Sequence record: NC_010821.1
DNA length: 64,000 nucleotides
Direction: 5' to 3' (one strand)
Shown in pieces: positions 8,502 to 16,960 of the stretch; position 1 is the first letter of the stretch; each line of letters starts with the position of its first letter. The position numbers and the translations under genes are program-made. Under the pieces are notes generated by a model. It worked only from the letters and a program-made list of their open reading frames with translations, did not search any database and was not told the DNA's origin.

Positions 8502-9020
8502 ATGAGCTTCTTAGCGAACTATTGGAAAGCCGTTGAACGAGCTGTATCTGAGACGGGAATGAATCCAGGGGATATCGTAATCGACATCACCACTGTTAGT
8601 AAAAATACTGACGTGCCTGATGTTGTAGAGTCCTTTGTTAATGATGTAACACAACCCCAACCTGAGCCGGCGCAAGCTGGTAATATGCCCCAACCCAAAA
8701 CTGACTTTGAGGCTAGGGAATCCCTGGCTAGGAGGTCGGCTAGACCAAGCCAAGGAATCGAAGAACTGGAAGAAAACTACGATACCAAAGCTACCACCAA
8801 CAAAACCCGCGTCAAACGAGATGTACGAGTACGTATGGACGAAAGAGATTCCGGGATCACCGTCAGTCCTAATCCGACGAAAGAAGAAAGACGCAAAACG
8901 CGTAAGGCGGAAAACAAGCGTTTAAAGAAACTCGGTGGAGGTAGAAAAGTGAGGTTGATTATTGACGAGGTACGTTTGAATGACAGAACTATATGGTCGC
9001 CACCCGGCGTTGACCGATGA
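8502..9020 (+). CDS. hypothetical protein, disordered with basic C-terminus
   Basis: AGGA RBS; K/R-rich segment TKEERRKTRKAENKRLKKLGGGRK. Confidence 0.7.
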   Translation: MSFLANYWKAVERAVSETGMNPGDIVIDITTVSKNTDVPDVVESFVNDVTQPQPEPAQAGNMPQPKTDFEARESLARRSARPSQGIEELEENYDTKATTNKTRVKRDVRVRMDERDSGITVSPNPTKEERRKTRKAENKRLKKLGGGRKVRLIIDEVRLNDRTIWSPPGVDR

Positions 9021-10017
9021 CATCAAGCACATTGTTACACCAGGGCAACTACCTCGCCATCTGAATACATCGTTTAATAACAACAATGGTTTCAGCTCTG
9101 AAATGAAGTTTATCAATTCGAGTGGCTGGGATCTGTTGATATTGACAGCAGATGGTTTAAGGTTGCATAGTCCAGTCGGTTCTGGTAAATCAGATGGTAA
9201 CTGTTATTTCATGGTACGCTACAAACTAGGTGGTTACGTAGACCTAGACGTAAGTTGGCGTGCTGAGAATGAACCGTTGGTTAGACAGCAACTAGAAGAA
9301 ATCGAAAGACTAGTTTCGGCTTATCGGCAAGACCCTCTAACTGGTAGACCTACTTATCAGGAAGCGGTTATCGATTTTCACTATCGCGTAGAGTGTATTG
9401 AGTTAGATCATTACAAGCATGGTGTGTGGATTCCTGTACTAGGGATTCATCTGTTTCTATCAAATGGTCGAGACGCACTGTGTAAGCACTATGGTCGATC
9501 TATGTACACTGAAGTGATTGCGTTTAATAATGATTTCGCTAACCAAGAGGAGGTATCCCAGGCGACGGGATGTGGAGTCGTCTACTTTGTCAGTAACCCT
9601 ACTGAGAAAGATCCGATAATCATTAGTAATCGACACTTCAGTGGCGTAGTATTACCAACGTACGATCCCGGTCAAAAGCCTGGGGTTCATATCTACAATG
9701 TGGGGCAACGGAATGATACTACGAATAAGCAGTTAACTGACATCGTATTCATTCCAGTTATTGAGTTTGCAAAGAACGGCATTTATAGAAGTAAAGAAGA
9801 ACTGGAAGCAGCTCTAGATAACTTCGCTCGTAATATGAAAAATCAGAAAGACACAGTGGAATATAAAGAACTGCTTGAGAACATCCGACAAACATTCCCG
9901 GAGTTTTATAAGCGTTATGAAGTTCCTAGGAAGCCATTTGATTTGACTACGTTTATGACGGACGTTGTTGCGGGTATCGCAGCTGCCAGTAAGGTAAAAT
10001 CTGTAATAGGTGGTTAA
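8980..10017 (+). CDS. conserved hypothetical protein (gene preceding nvRNAP subunit)
   Basis: 345 aa ORF abutting the RNAP gene; true start uncertain. Confidence 0.75.
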   Translation: MTELYGRHPALTDDIKHIVTPGQLPRHLNTSFNNNNGFSSEMKFINSSGWDLLILTADGLRLHSPVGSGKSDGNCYFMVRYKLGGYVDLDVSWRAENEPLVRQQLEEIERLVSAYRQDPLTGRPTYQEAVIDFHYRVECIELDHYKHGVWIPVLGIHLFLSNGRDALCKHYGRSMYTEVIAFNNDFANQEEVSQATGCGVVYFVSNPTEKDPIIISNRHFSGVVLPTYDPGQKPGVHIYNVGQRNDTTNKQLTDIVFIPVIEFAKNGIYRSKEELEAALDNFARNMKNQKDTVEYKELLENIRQTFPEFYKRYEVPRKPFDLTTFMTDVVAGIAAASKVKSVIGG

Positions 10018-10020
10018 GTA

Positions 10021-11655
10021 ATGATCTCTGAGATGGATGGATTTCTACGTAGTAAGATGCTAGAGCGAACAGCCCCTTTTAATAAGTCTGTAGCTAACGG
10101 GCTGGCACTCGAGCACCTGATGGGGGTTAACGAGGCAGGGCTATGTAATCGTCGAGCTTATATCGACAAGATCTGGGCATTGAACGCACAGATGTTTCCA
10201 GCCGGCTTTAAATATGAAGGTAGTGTGTTGTGCCGTCCTGAACAGATGGCTGCTGAACTAACACGTGAATATGGTTCTAAGCGTACAGCTAACATTGCTA
10301 AAACGAACCATCGGATGATCGCACTCAAGACCTCTTTTAAAGGAGAACCTTGTTTCGATCGGTATATCCTTATTCCGTTCATTAACCAAGATGGTACCTG
10401 CCCACTCAATGGTGCAGTGTATATGCCATCGCCAGTTATGACCGATGTGGGTTATTCGGTACTGGCCAATACAATCTTCATTCCGTTCCGCCGTGCCAAG
10501 CTGACCTTTAAACATGTGGACAACCATTACGTATGCAATGGTCGTCGTGAGATCAAACATGTTATCTGGTCGCAGATCCACAACGAAATGTCTAAGCGTA
10601 CCAAGAAAGATCTCGATAATCGTCATCGTATCGAATCGTGTCTGGCTCATTATTTCTTTTGTGAGTTCGGTGTTAAAGAAACCTTTAAGCGTTGGGCTAA
10701 TGCCGATATTCGTATTGGTAAGTTCTCGGACTTCGATGAACGCAAATACCCACGTGACAAATGGAACGTTTATCAATCGGCAAACTTGGTTGGGAAACAT
10801 CCGACCGGTGACATGGCGGTAGCTATCCCAATCGAATCCGATTCAGACTTCGTACAACGTCTGATGGCAGGTCTCTGGTATGTTGTCGACGCATTCCCTA
10901 ATCGGTTTGTTGAACCCTCTTATCTTGACTCCAGCGAACTCTGGCGTATCATCTTGGGCCTGATGATCTTCGGTGACTTCGAGCACCAAGGTAAACTCGC
11001 TGAGAACGTTGACGCACACATGACCTCGTTCAACGGTTATCTGGACGTCGATACAATCAAAGAGCTGGCATCGGTTAACGTAAAGGTTAACACGATCTGG
11101 GAGCTGCTGTACGAGATCATGACTAGCATGGCTCATCACTTCTATGATACTGACATGGACGAAACCAGTCTGTGGAATAAATCACTGAGTGTACTGCGTT
11201 ATGTATTCGATGATCTCAACTCGGCTGTAACTATGTTCGGTTATGGATTCCAATCCCGACTGGATAAAGACTGGACGATCAATGAGATCAACGATGCACT
11301 CAAGCGTTCGTTCAAGCCTAACACAGCTGTTAGACGACTATCGGTGGACCACGGTGAATTCGATACCGTGAGTTATCCTGGTGATAACAAAGCCATCAAG
11401 CTTACATCGATTGTTGTTCCGCAAGACAAAGCTAAATCTAAAGGTTCGCACAACAAATCGCTGATTGGCGATTCTAGTCGTTTGATTCACGTCTCGCTCG
11501 CTGACGTAGGTCAATATAAGAACCAACCTAAGAACAACCCAGATGGTCGGGGCCGATTGAACCTATACGTTGACGTTGGTCCAGATGGTACCATCCAACG
11601 TGGTAAGGATGATCGCGAGTTCTTAGATTCTGTACAAGCGCGATTCAACCGTTAA
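10021..11655 (+). CDS. non-virion RNA polymerase beta subunit, N-terminal part (phiKZ gp123-like)
   Basis: 544 aa; position after capsid gene; motifs YILIPF..DG, SVLRYVF, QPKNNPDGRGRLNLY typical of this split subunit. Confidence 0.85.
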   Translation: MISEMDGFLRSKMLERTAPFNKSVANGLALEHLMGVNEAGLCNRRAYIDKIWALNAQMFPAGFKYEGSVLCRPEQMAAELTREYGSKRTANIAKTNHRMIALKTSFKGEPCFDRYILIPFINQDGTCPLNGAVYMPSPVMTDVGYSVLANTIFIPFRRAKLTFKHVDNHYVCNGRREIKHVIWSQIHNEMSKRTKKDLDNRHRIESCLAHYFFCEFGVKETFKRWANADIRIGKFSDFDERKYPRDKWNVYQSANLVGKHPTGDMAVAIPIESDSDFVQRLMAGLWYVVDAFPNRFVEPSYLDSSELWRIILGLMIFGDFEHQGKLAENVDAHMTSFNGYLDVDTIKELASVNVKVNTIWELLYEIMTSMAHHFYDTDMDETSLWNKSLSVLRYVFDDLNSAVTMFGYGFQSRLDKDWTINEINDALKRSFKPNTAVRRLSVDHGEFDTVSYPGDNKAIKLTSIVVPQDKAKSKGSHNKSLIGDSSRLIHVSLADVGQYKNQPKNNPDGRGRLNLYVDVGPDGTIQRGKDDREFLDSVQARFNR

Positions 11656-11674
11656 CTTAAAATCAAAGGGTGTA

Positions 11675-13765
11675 ATGATGCATAACTTCAATCCAAACCA
11701 AGGCCTCCCGGTCCCATGCACTGAGGTAGATCCACGGTGGTTTAATAACAATCTTCCGCAAGGTAATGATTGCGTTCCACCGATCCAACTGAGTCAATGG
11801 ATGCAGGCCAACCAACCGGTTGGATTGATGGCTATTGGTTTGGTACGTGGAATGGCACAAGCCGCAGCCAATAAGTCACCGACTCATACGTTCGTTTATA
11901 ACCTGTTCTGTCAGAACGGATTTCAAAATCAGGTATGGCAGCAATGGTGTCAGACAGCTGTAGACTTCACTGAGTTTCTGATCATCGTTCGGCAATACAA
12001 TCCTAATGATGCTGTTAAGAAAGCTGCACAGTGTGTTGTAGAAGCTGCAATGGGTGTAGCGTTCCATACTTACCCAGTGCTTCAGCAAATTACTCCAAAC
12101 AACTTCTGGGCTGGCCTGCAAGGTGCTCAGCAGATGTACCAATCGATGATTAACGATATTCGTTCGCTTCGATCGGGTAATTACAATAACGGGATGCCAA
12201 GTAACCAGTGGCAGGGCGGTCCCCCGCAAGGTAACCTCCCACCGATTAATGTTCAACAACACCAGTCGTACAGTGGTTATCAGAATCATGGAACTCAGGT
12301 AACAACTCAAGCAACTGTCTCGAACTATCAGCACACCAACTCGTCTTATAGCAATGCACCCACCGCCACCAGTGGCGATGTTGCTAACTCGCTGTATGAT
12401 GTACCTGTAAACGAACCTGCTAAACCGCTGGTCCCTAAAGAAGAGATCAGTTCCGGTTATGACTATTACAGCACACCACTTCAACAGGAGTCTGCTCCAA
12501 TGCAATCTTTCCCACAAGCTGCAACTGTAGAAGAAACTACTCTTCCGATTCCATCTAACGTAGCGGAAGTCGTAGTTGACCCAACCTATTATCAACCAAC
12601 CGGTTTCAAACTGGACATCAACCGTGCATACGACTTGATCCATAACCCAGGTGGTATCGTAATCCAACCAGATCAACTGGTGGATTGGGAAATCACTGTA
12701 GGTGATGACACTCCATGGCCTCAGCTGATGGACCCTAACACCTATTGCCGGTTCTTGGTCAAATTCCCCGACGGTATTGTCAAAGAGAAATTCGTTGAAT
12801 GGACCGATGCAATGAACTATCTCCGTCACGAACTCGATGCAGAACTGCGTCGTAAAGCCCACCGCCCTAACGGTATTGTCGTATCGAGTGCAACTCCTAT
12901 CTCCACCATCGGTGGTGATGCAATGAATGCAACTGAAGTTGAATCGCTGGTTAAGGATGGTCACCTGTCCCGTAGCGCTGTACCGCCAGTAATCATCTCC
13001 GGTGTATTCCAAGGCTCGACTGATCTTGAGATCGAAGGTCAAGTCCGCGAAGAACTTTCCAACATGCTGGAAGTAAACTTCAACGATGACATTCCAATGC
13101 CAGCGGTAGAGTATCGTTCTCAGTTCACCCATACGCTCCCACTGAGCGATGAAGCGGTAGAGGCAATCAATGATATCCGTGAAGCTAAAGATCTCGGTCA
13201 AGCCGCCCAAGGTATCAAAGCACTGGCTGTTCAAGGTGTGATCTCCATCCGTGTGATGCATGCACTGAACAAACGTCTGACCGATATTCTGAATACCACT
13301 ATCGCTGATAGCATGGGTCTGACTTGGGCTATCGACGACTTCTGTGAAGAGTATCTGGAACTGGAAGACTTCATCGAACAGAAACGTGGCGCTGCAATGC
13401 GTCGTGTACTGCAAGGTACCGGCGAGCAAGTCCTCAATCGTGCACTGACTATCGTAGCAACTGACGATGGTGGTGAACACACTGCAACACTGTATCACGT
13501 TGTAGATAACTATCTGAACCATCAGGTAGGTTGGGACCTCGCTGATCTGACCACCCTGAATCTGAAATCCGGTAAGCCTGTACTGATCAGTGCTCTGGCG
13601 CACCCAGTGATTCTGGAAACTCTGAAAGGTATGATCACCCGTAATAACAAAGCTCGTGAAGAGTTTAACGCTACCCTGCGTGTTATCACCCGTGATGGCT
13701 TCTATCTGGAAGTCATCAAAGGTCGTCTGATCGAGAACGCTACTCTGTTGAAACTCGTACGTTAA
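11675..13765 (+). CDS. conserved hypothetical protein with Q/N-rich linker (phiKZ gp124 position)
   Basis: 696 aa, strong codon bias, co-transcribed with the RNAP subunit. Confidence 0.8.
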   Translation: MMHNFNPNQGLPVPCTEVDPRWFNNNLPQGNDCVPPIQLSQWMQANQPVGLMAIGLVRGMAQAAANKSPTHTFVYNLFCQNGFQNQVWQQWCQTAVDFTEFLIIVRQYNPNDAVKKAAQCVVEAAMGVAFHTYPVLQQITPNNFWAGLQGAQQMYQSMINDIRSLRSGNYNNGMPSNQWQGGPPQGNLPPINVQQHQSYSGYQNHGTQVTTQATVSNYQHTNSSYSNAPTATSGDVANSLYDVPVNEPAKPLVPKEEISSGYDYYSTPLQQESAPMQSFPQAATVEETTLPIPSNVAEVVVDPTYYQPTGFKLDINRAYDLIHNPGGIVIQPDQLVDWEITVGDDTPWPQLMDPNTYCRFLVKFPDGIVKEKFVEWTDAMNYLRHELDAELRRKAHRPNGIVVSSATPISTIGGDAMNATEVESLVKDGHLSRSAVPPVIISGVFQGSTDLEIEGQVREELSNMLEVNFNDDIPMPAVEYRSQFTHTLPLSDEAVEAINDIREAKDLGQAAQGIKALAVQGVISIRVMHALNKRLTDILNTTIADSMGLTWAIDDFCEEYLELEDFIEQKRGAAMRRVLQGTGEQVLNRALTIVATDDGGEHTATLYHVVDNYLNHQVGWDLADLTTLNLKSGKPVLISALAHPVILETLKGMITRNNKAREEFNATLRVITRDGFYLEVIKGRLIENATLLKLVR

Positions 13766-13766
13766 A

Positions 13767-13793
13767 ACATAAAGCCCCTCCTGAAGGAGGGGC
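13767..13793 (+). terminator. stem-loop GCCCCTCC/GGAGGGGC
   Basis: ACATAAA flank plus 8-bp stem right after the stop; no T tract. Confidence 0.7.
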
Positions 13794-13808
13794 ATCTTAG
13801 AGGATGTA

Positions 13809-14141
13809 ATGATGATCAAATTTAATCTTGCTGACAAAACTACCCTAGCTGGCCGTGAGGCTGTTGTTTATGAAGCTTTCGTAAAAGCACTTCGTGACAC
13901 TACGCTGTCTCGGGCCGGATTGGCTACAGCGATCCATCAGTCTCACCCGGCGATCAAAAACGTCTCACTGGTGGCGCTTAAAGGCGATGGTCCTAACAGT
14001 AGTACACTCCGTGCTAAGTTCTACGATGGTAGTACCGCAACTTTCCATTACACTACCTATACCACTGAAGAAATGAACGTACCAGACAAATGGTCCGCGC
14101 GAGTATCGGCTGGTCCAGATGGTGCCGTTACACTGCATTAA
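13809..14141 (+). CDS. hypothetical protein (110 aa)
   Basis: GAGGA RBS; bounded by two hairpins. Confidence 0.75.
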   Translation: MMIKFNLADKTTLAGREAVVYEAFVKALRDTTLSRAGLATAIHQSHPAIKNVSLVALKGDGPNSSTLRAKFYDGSTATFHYTTYTTEEMNVPDKWSARVSAGPDGAVTLH

Positions 14142-14147
14142 TCCTAG

Positions 14148-14173
14148 TGCCCTCCTTCGGGAGGGCATTATGT
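14148..14173 (+). terminator. stem-loop TGCCCTCC-TTCG-GGAGGGCA
   Basis: 8-bp stem, cUUCGg loop, TTATGT flank. Confidence 0.8.
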
Positions 14174-14185
14174 CATTAAAAGCTT

Positions 14186-14202
14186 TTTAAAGAGTATATT
14201 AC
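14186..14202 (+). promoter_or_regulatory. early promoter (TATATTAC)
   Basis: Exact phiKZ early-promoter core TATATTAC with upstream TTTTTAA, just before an RBS (GAGGTG). Confidence 0.7.
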
Positions 14203-14212
14203 AGAGGTGTAT

Positions 14213-14650
14213 ATGGAAGCAACCTTGACGATCACACGTGAAGGATCGATGTATGCTGATTTTCTGATGGACTCAGCTCCAGTTGGATTTGAAGACTGTT
14301 TAGAAAAATCAGAACTACTGCGCCGACTCCATTGGGGTCAGGCTTTTGCTGAACTTGGTGAACCGATCACCGATAATCTAATTGGTGACCCAGTAGCTAC
14401 ACTTCGTAGAATACATTGTCTTGAAGAGCGAAATATATGCGCCCATGTTACAATGCGTGTCATGGATCTATCAGGCGATCACCTACGAGCGTTCTTTAAA
14501 CCATACGGTCCAATGGCTGATAAACTCCGTGGACTCTGGCTAACCAATCCAACTGGGTTGAAAGCTAAGTTCCGTTACATCCAAGCTAATAATGATGAAG
14601 GCGATTTAACCGTCACCAACATCTATGGCATCGACGTCATTCAAAATTAA
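14213..14650 (+). CDS. head-maturation-protease-fold paralogue, predicted inactive
   Basis: SELLRRL..AELGEP, RRI..LEERNICAHV, FKPYGP, AKFRY, NIYGIDV mirror the gp175-type motifs as I recall them, but His->Glu and Ser->Lys. Confidence 0.65.
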   Translation: MEATLTITREGSMYADFLMDSAPVGFEDCLEKSELLRRLHWGQAFAELGEPITDNLIGDPVATLRRIHCLEERNICAHVTMRVMDLSGDHLRAFFKPYGPMADKLRGLWLTNPTGLKAKFRYIQANNDEGDLTVTNIYGIDVIQN

Positions 14651-14669
14651 CCAATAGGAAATTACCCCA

Positions 14670-15344
14670 ATGCGTATTGACAATACTAAAGTAGAAAGCT
14701 TCAAAAACTGGTTCTTTGGTCGTCCGAATATTAATTTCGATGACCTTGATGATCAGGCATTCAACGAGTTGTCGATCCATGTTGCAGCTGAGAGCGATCT
14801 GCCGAAAGAAGCAGACCCCGAGGCTAAATACTACGTCGAGGCAACTGGTGATACCTATCGCTTCGTCGATGGGGCTTATCAAGTAATAGATGTTTACAGT
14901 TTCGGTGTAACCCAAGCTTACCGTGACGCACCACGTCGCGTGTACGCCCGTGAGACCATTGTGGACCATTCCCATGGCATTCCATCGATCACCGCTGAAC
15001 AGATCCGTAACGGCGCTCCAGCCGGTTTGGCGACACTCTACAACATCCAAGCGTTGTTGATGGATCTTGAACAGATCCGTCGTATTGATGTTTACGGGTA
15101 TAAAACGACCTTGATGGATGTTTTGAGTCAGGGGGCTTATTCCACCAAAGAACAAAACGTTACACACTGGTTCTCCACTCAACACACTCTGTTGTATCGC
15201 CTGCTGGCGTCCAGCATGCGTGCAAAAGACGCGTTCAACAAATCTGTAATCGATGCTCTGTTCAAACACAACTACGTACTGACTTGGGACGATGCTAAAA
15301 ATCGCCCAGTCTTTAAAGTGGATGACTTCATCGTTTATCTGTGA
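14670..15344 (+). CDS. hypothetical protein (224 aa)
   Basis: AGGA RBS, phage-typical codon usage; no recognisable motif. Confidence 0.8.
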   Translation: MRIDNTKVESFKNWFFGRPNINFDDLDDQAFNELSIHVAAESDLPKEADPEAKYYVEATGDTYRFVDGAYQVIDVYSFGVTQAYRDAPRRVYARETIVDHSHGIPSITAEQIRNGAPAGLATLYNIQALLMDLEQIRRIDVYGYKTTLMDVLSQGAYSTKEQNVTHWFSTQHTLLYRLLASSMRAKDAFNKSVIDALFKHNYVLTWDDAKNRPVFKVDDFIVYL

Positions 15345-15351
15345 GGTGGTT

Positions 15352-15630
15352 ATGCGACTTAAAATCTTGGCTGTGTTATCGGTTGTACTATTGGCTGGCT
15401 GCAATAAGGAACCGGATCAAGTCATTGGTACACTGATGGCATCACGTTGTGATGTAGAGTGTGGTGTCGTCATTAACTCGAAAGGCATTGCCAATGATGA
15501 TGTTCTACGTGAGTTCAAAACCTGCGGTGGGGACAATAAAGATCTGATAGGTCGTAAGGTGATTGCCTTCAAGCAGAATCTCGTTCACGGTGAAACCTGT
15601 ATGACAGTATACGAATACCTACAACGCTAA
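15352..15630 (+). CDS. predicted lipoprotein
   Basis: MRLKILAVLSVVLLAG-C lipobox; GAGGTGG RBS; four additional Cys. Confidence 0.8.
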   Translation: MRLKILAVLSVVLLAGCNKEPDQVIGTLMASRCDVECGVVINSKGIANDDVLREFKTCGGDNKDLIGRKVIAFKQNLVHGETCMTVYEYLQR

Positions 15631-15639
15631 AGGTGCGAG

Positions 15640-16089
15640 ATGATTACGCTTGAAACTACAACATCGTTCGTACCTGCCTTCTCTGCGTTACCATTCATCA
15701 AATCTTTAAATCAGTACTATCCCGATATTGAATACTGGTATGTGAATAAAGTCATACCAGGCCTCACGTTAGGTAATGATAAGCTCATTGTCGCACGTGA
15801 TGAACACTTCAATATTGCTGGTATTGCTTTGGGTAAGTTGAGTGACGCTGAAGCGAAGTTGCGTTGTGTTCGTGTACACCCGGATCATCAGAATAGTGGT
15901 CTGGGTATTCGCCTGATCGACAACATGCTTGAGTTGATCGGCGAACGTAAACCTGGGGTGACTGTATCGGAAGAGATGATCAACCTTTACAGTCGTGCCT
16001 TCGTTAAACGCTATGGCTTTGAATTGTCCGACGTAACCAAAGGACGTTATCGCCGTGGCAAACTTGAATATGGATTCAATGGAGCGTAA
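15640..16089 (+). CDS. GNAT-family N-acetyltransferase
   Basis: Acetyl-CoA motif A: VRVHPDHQNSGLG; C-terminal F..RYGF. Confidence 0.85.
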   Translation: MITLETTTSFVPAFSALPFIKSLNQYYPDIEYWYVNKVIPGLTLGNDKLIVARDEHFNIAGIALGKLSDAEAKLRCVRVHPDHQNSGLGIRLIDNMLELIGERKPGVTVSEEMINLYSRAFVKRYGFELSDVTKGRYRRGKLEYGFNGA

Positions 16090-16467
16090 ATGGAATACCT
16101 GATCGACCTCTCGAAGAAAACGTCAGCATATCGTGAAGCATTGCTACGTTATCTGACTGGTGGCAAATACCAGAAAATCGGTTGCTATATGGAGTACCGC
16201 CACCCAACCAAACTTCGCAGCGAATCCCTAGATGACTTCATCCAGCGATACCATCAAACCGATGATCGAAACTGGTGTGCACGTGCCACTGACATCACAG
16301 TGGTTGGTGATGAGCTGGTGATCACGGTCACTCCTTTTGGGGTATGGAAAGATAGCGTTGATTTTGATGAACGTTGGCCTTCTGCGCGCATCATCCAGTT
16401 CAATGGTGAGGTTAAGGAAATCGTTGGGTTTGACTTGATCCTAAAGGCGAACCATAACGATTTCTAA
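16090..16467 (+). CDS. miniature head-maturation-protease-fold protein, catalytic His/Ser retained
   Basis: MEYRHP, F..RY...DDRNWCAR, VTPFG, PSAR, IVGFDLI align with gp175-type GELGHP / FSIR / IVTFD motifs. Confidence 0.6.
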   Translation: MEYLIDLSKKTSAYREALLRYLTGGKYQKIGCYMEYRHPTKLRSESLDDFIQRYHQTDDRNWCARATDITVVGDELVITVTPFGVWKDSVDFDERWPSARIIQFNGEVKEIVGFDLILKANHNDF

Positions 16468-16470
16468 GTA

Positions 16471-16522
16471 GACGACATAAAGCCAGCTCCTTCGGGAGCT
16501 GGCATATGCTGTTATTTTTTTT
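16471..16522. terminator. bidirectional terminator
   Basis: GCCAGCTCC-TTCG-GGAGCTGGC plus T tract, between convergent genes. Confidence 0.85.
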
Positions 16523-16953
16523 CAGTTTTCAGTGTATTCTAACGTAATAGAATCTGAAGGGAGGTACGCTAAACAGGCAGGTGTAGTTGCAATAGTGACA
16601 GTAGGACCTGAGATATTACGATCCAAGAATTCATTATCACTTAAAGGTACACCCAACGTATCACGTAATACCTTTAGAACATCGTAGAATCTCTTGTACG
16701 AGCTAGACTTGCCTGGAACCTTAATACCCCTAAGGTCTTCACTCAATCGCCGCCTAACGTAGTACAGTGTTTGAACACCACCGAAGTTATTACTGTCGGC
16801 TCTAGCCACAATATTAATTCGGGAATTACATTGACCCTGTAACCAAATCTCAGGAACGCTAAAATTAACGTCAGCTGGTTGAATTGGAGGCTTAACCTTG
16901 TTAGCCGTATTAAAAGCGGTTAGTAAACTTTGTTTGATGTCAGTGCTTACCAT
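16522..16953 (-). CDS. virion structural protein (Y-x-R-x-x-L paralogue family)
   Basis: ORF track 16522..16989; ATG at 16953 with GAGG RBS; SLLTAFNTAN..YYVRRRL. Confidence 0.7.
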   Translation of the reverse strand: MVSTDIKQSLLTAFNTANKVKPPIQPADVNFSVPEIWLQGQCNSRINIVARADSNNFGGVQTLYYVRRRLSEDLRGIKVPGKSSSYKRFYDVLKVLRDTLGVPLSDNEFLDRNISGPTVTIATTPACLAYLPSDSITLEYTEN

Positions 16954-16960
16954 GTTGACC

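Noticed and set aside
10021-11655. Intron or intein in RNAP, helicase or UvsX genes
   Set aside because: ORFs are continuous, lengths fit the split phiKZ-type subunits, and no homing-endonuclease or intein-terminal motifs were seen.
11876-13837. 653-aa antisense ORF
   Set aside because: Same-register shadow of 11675..13765; codon-bias artefact.
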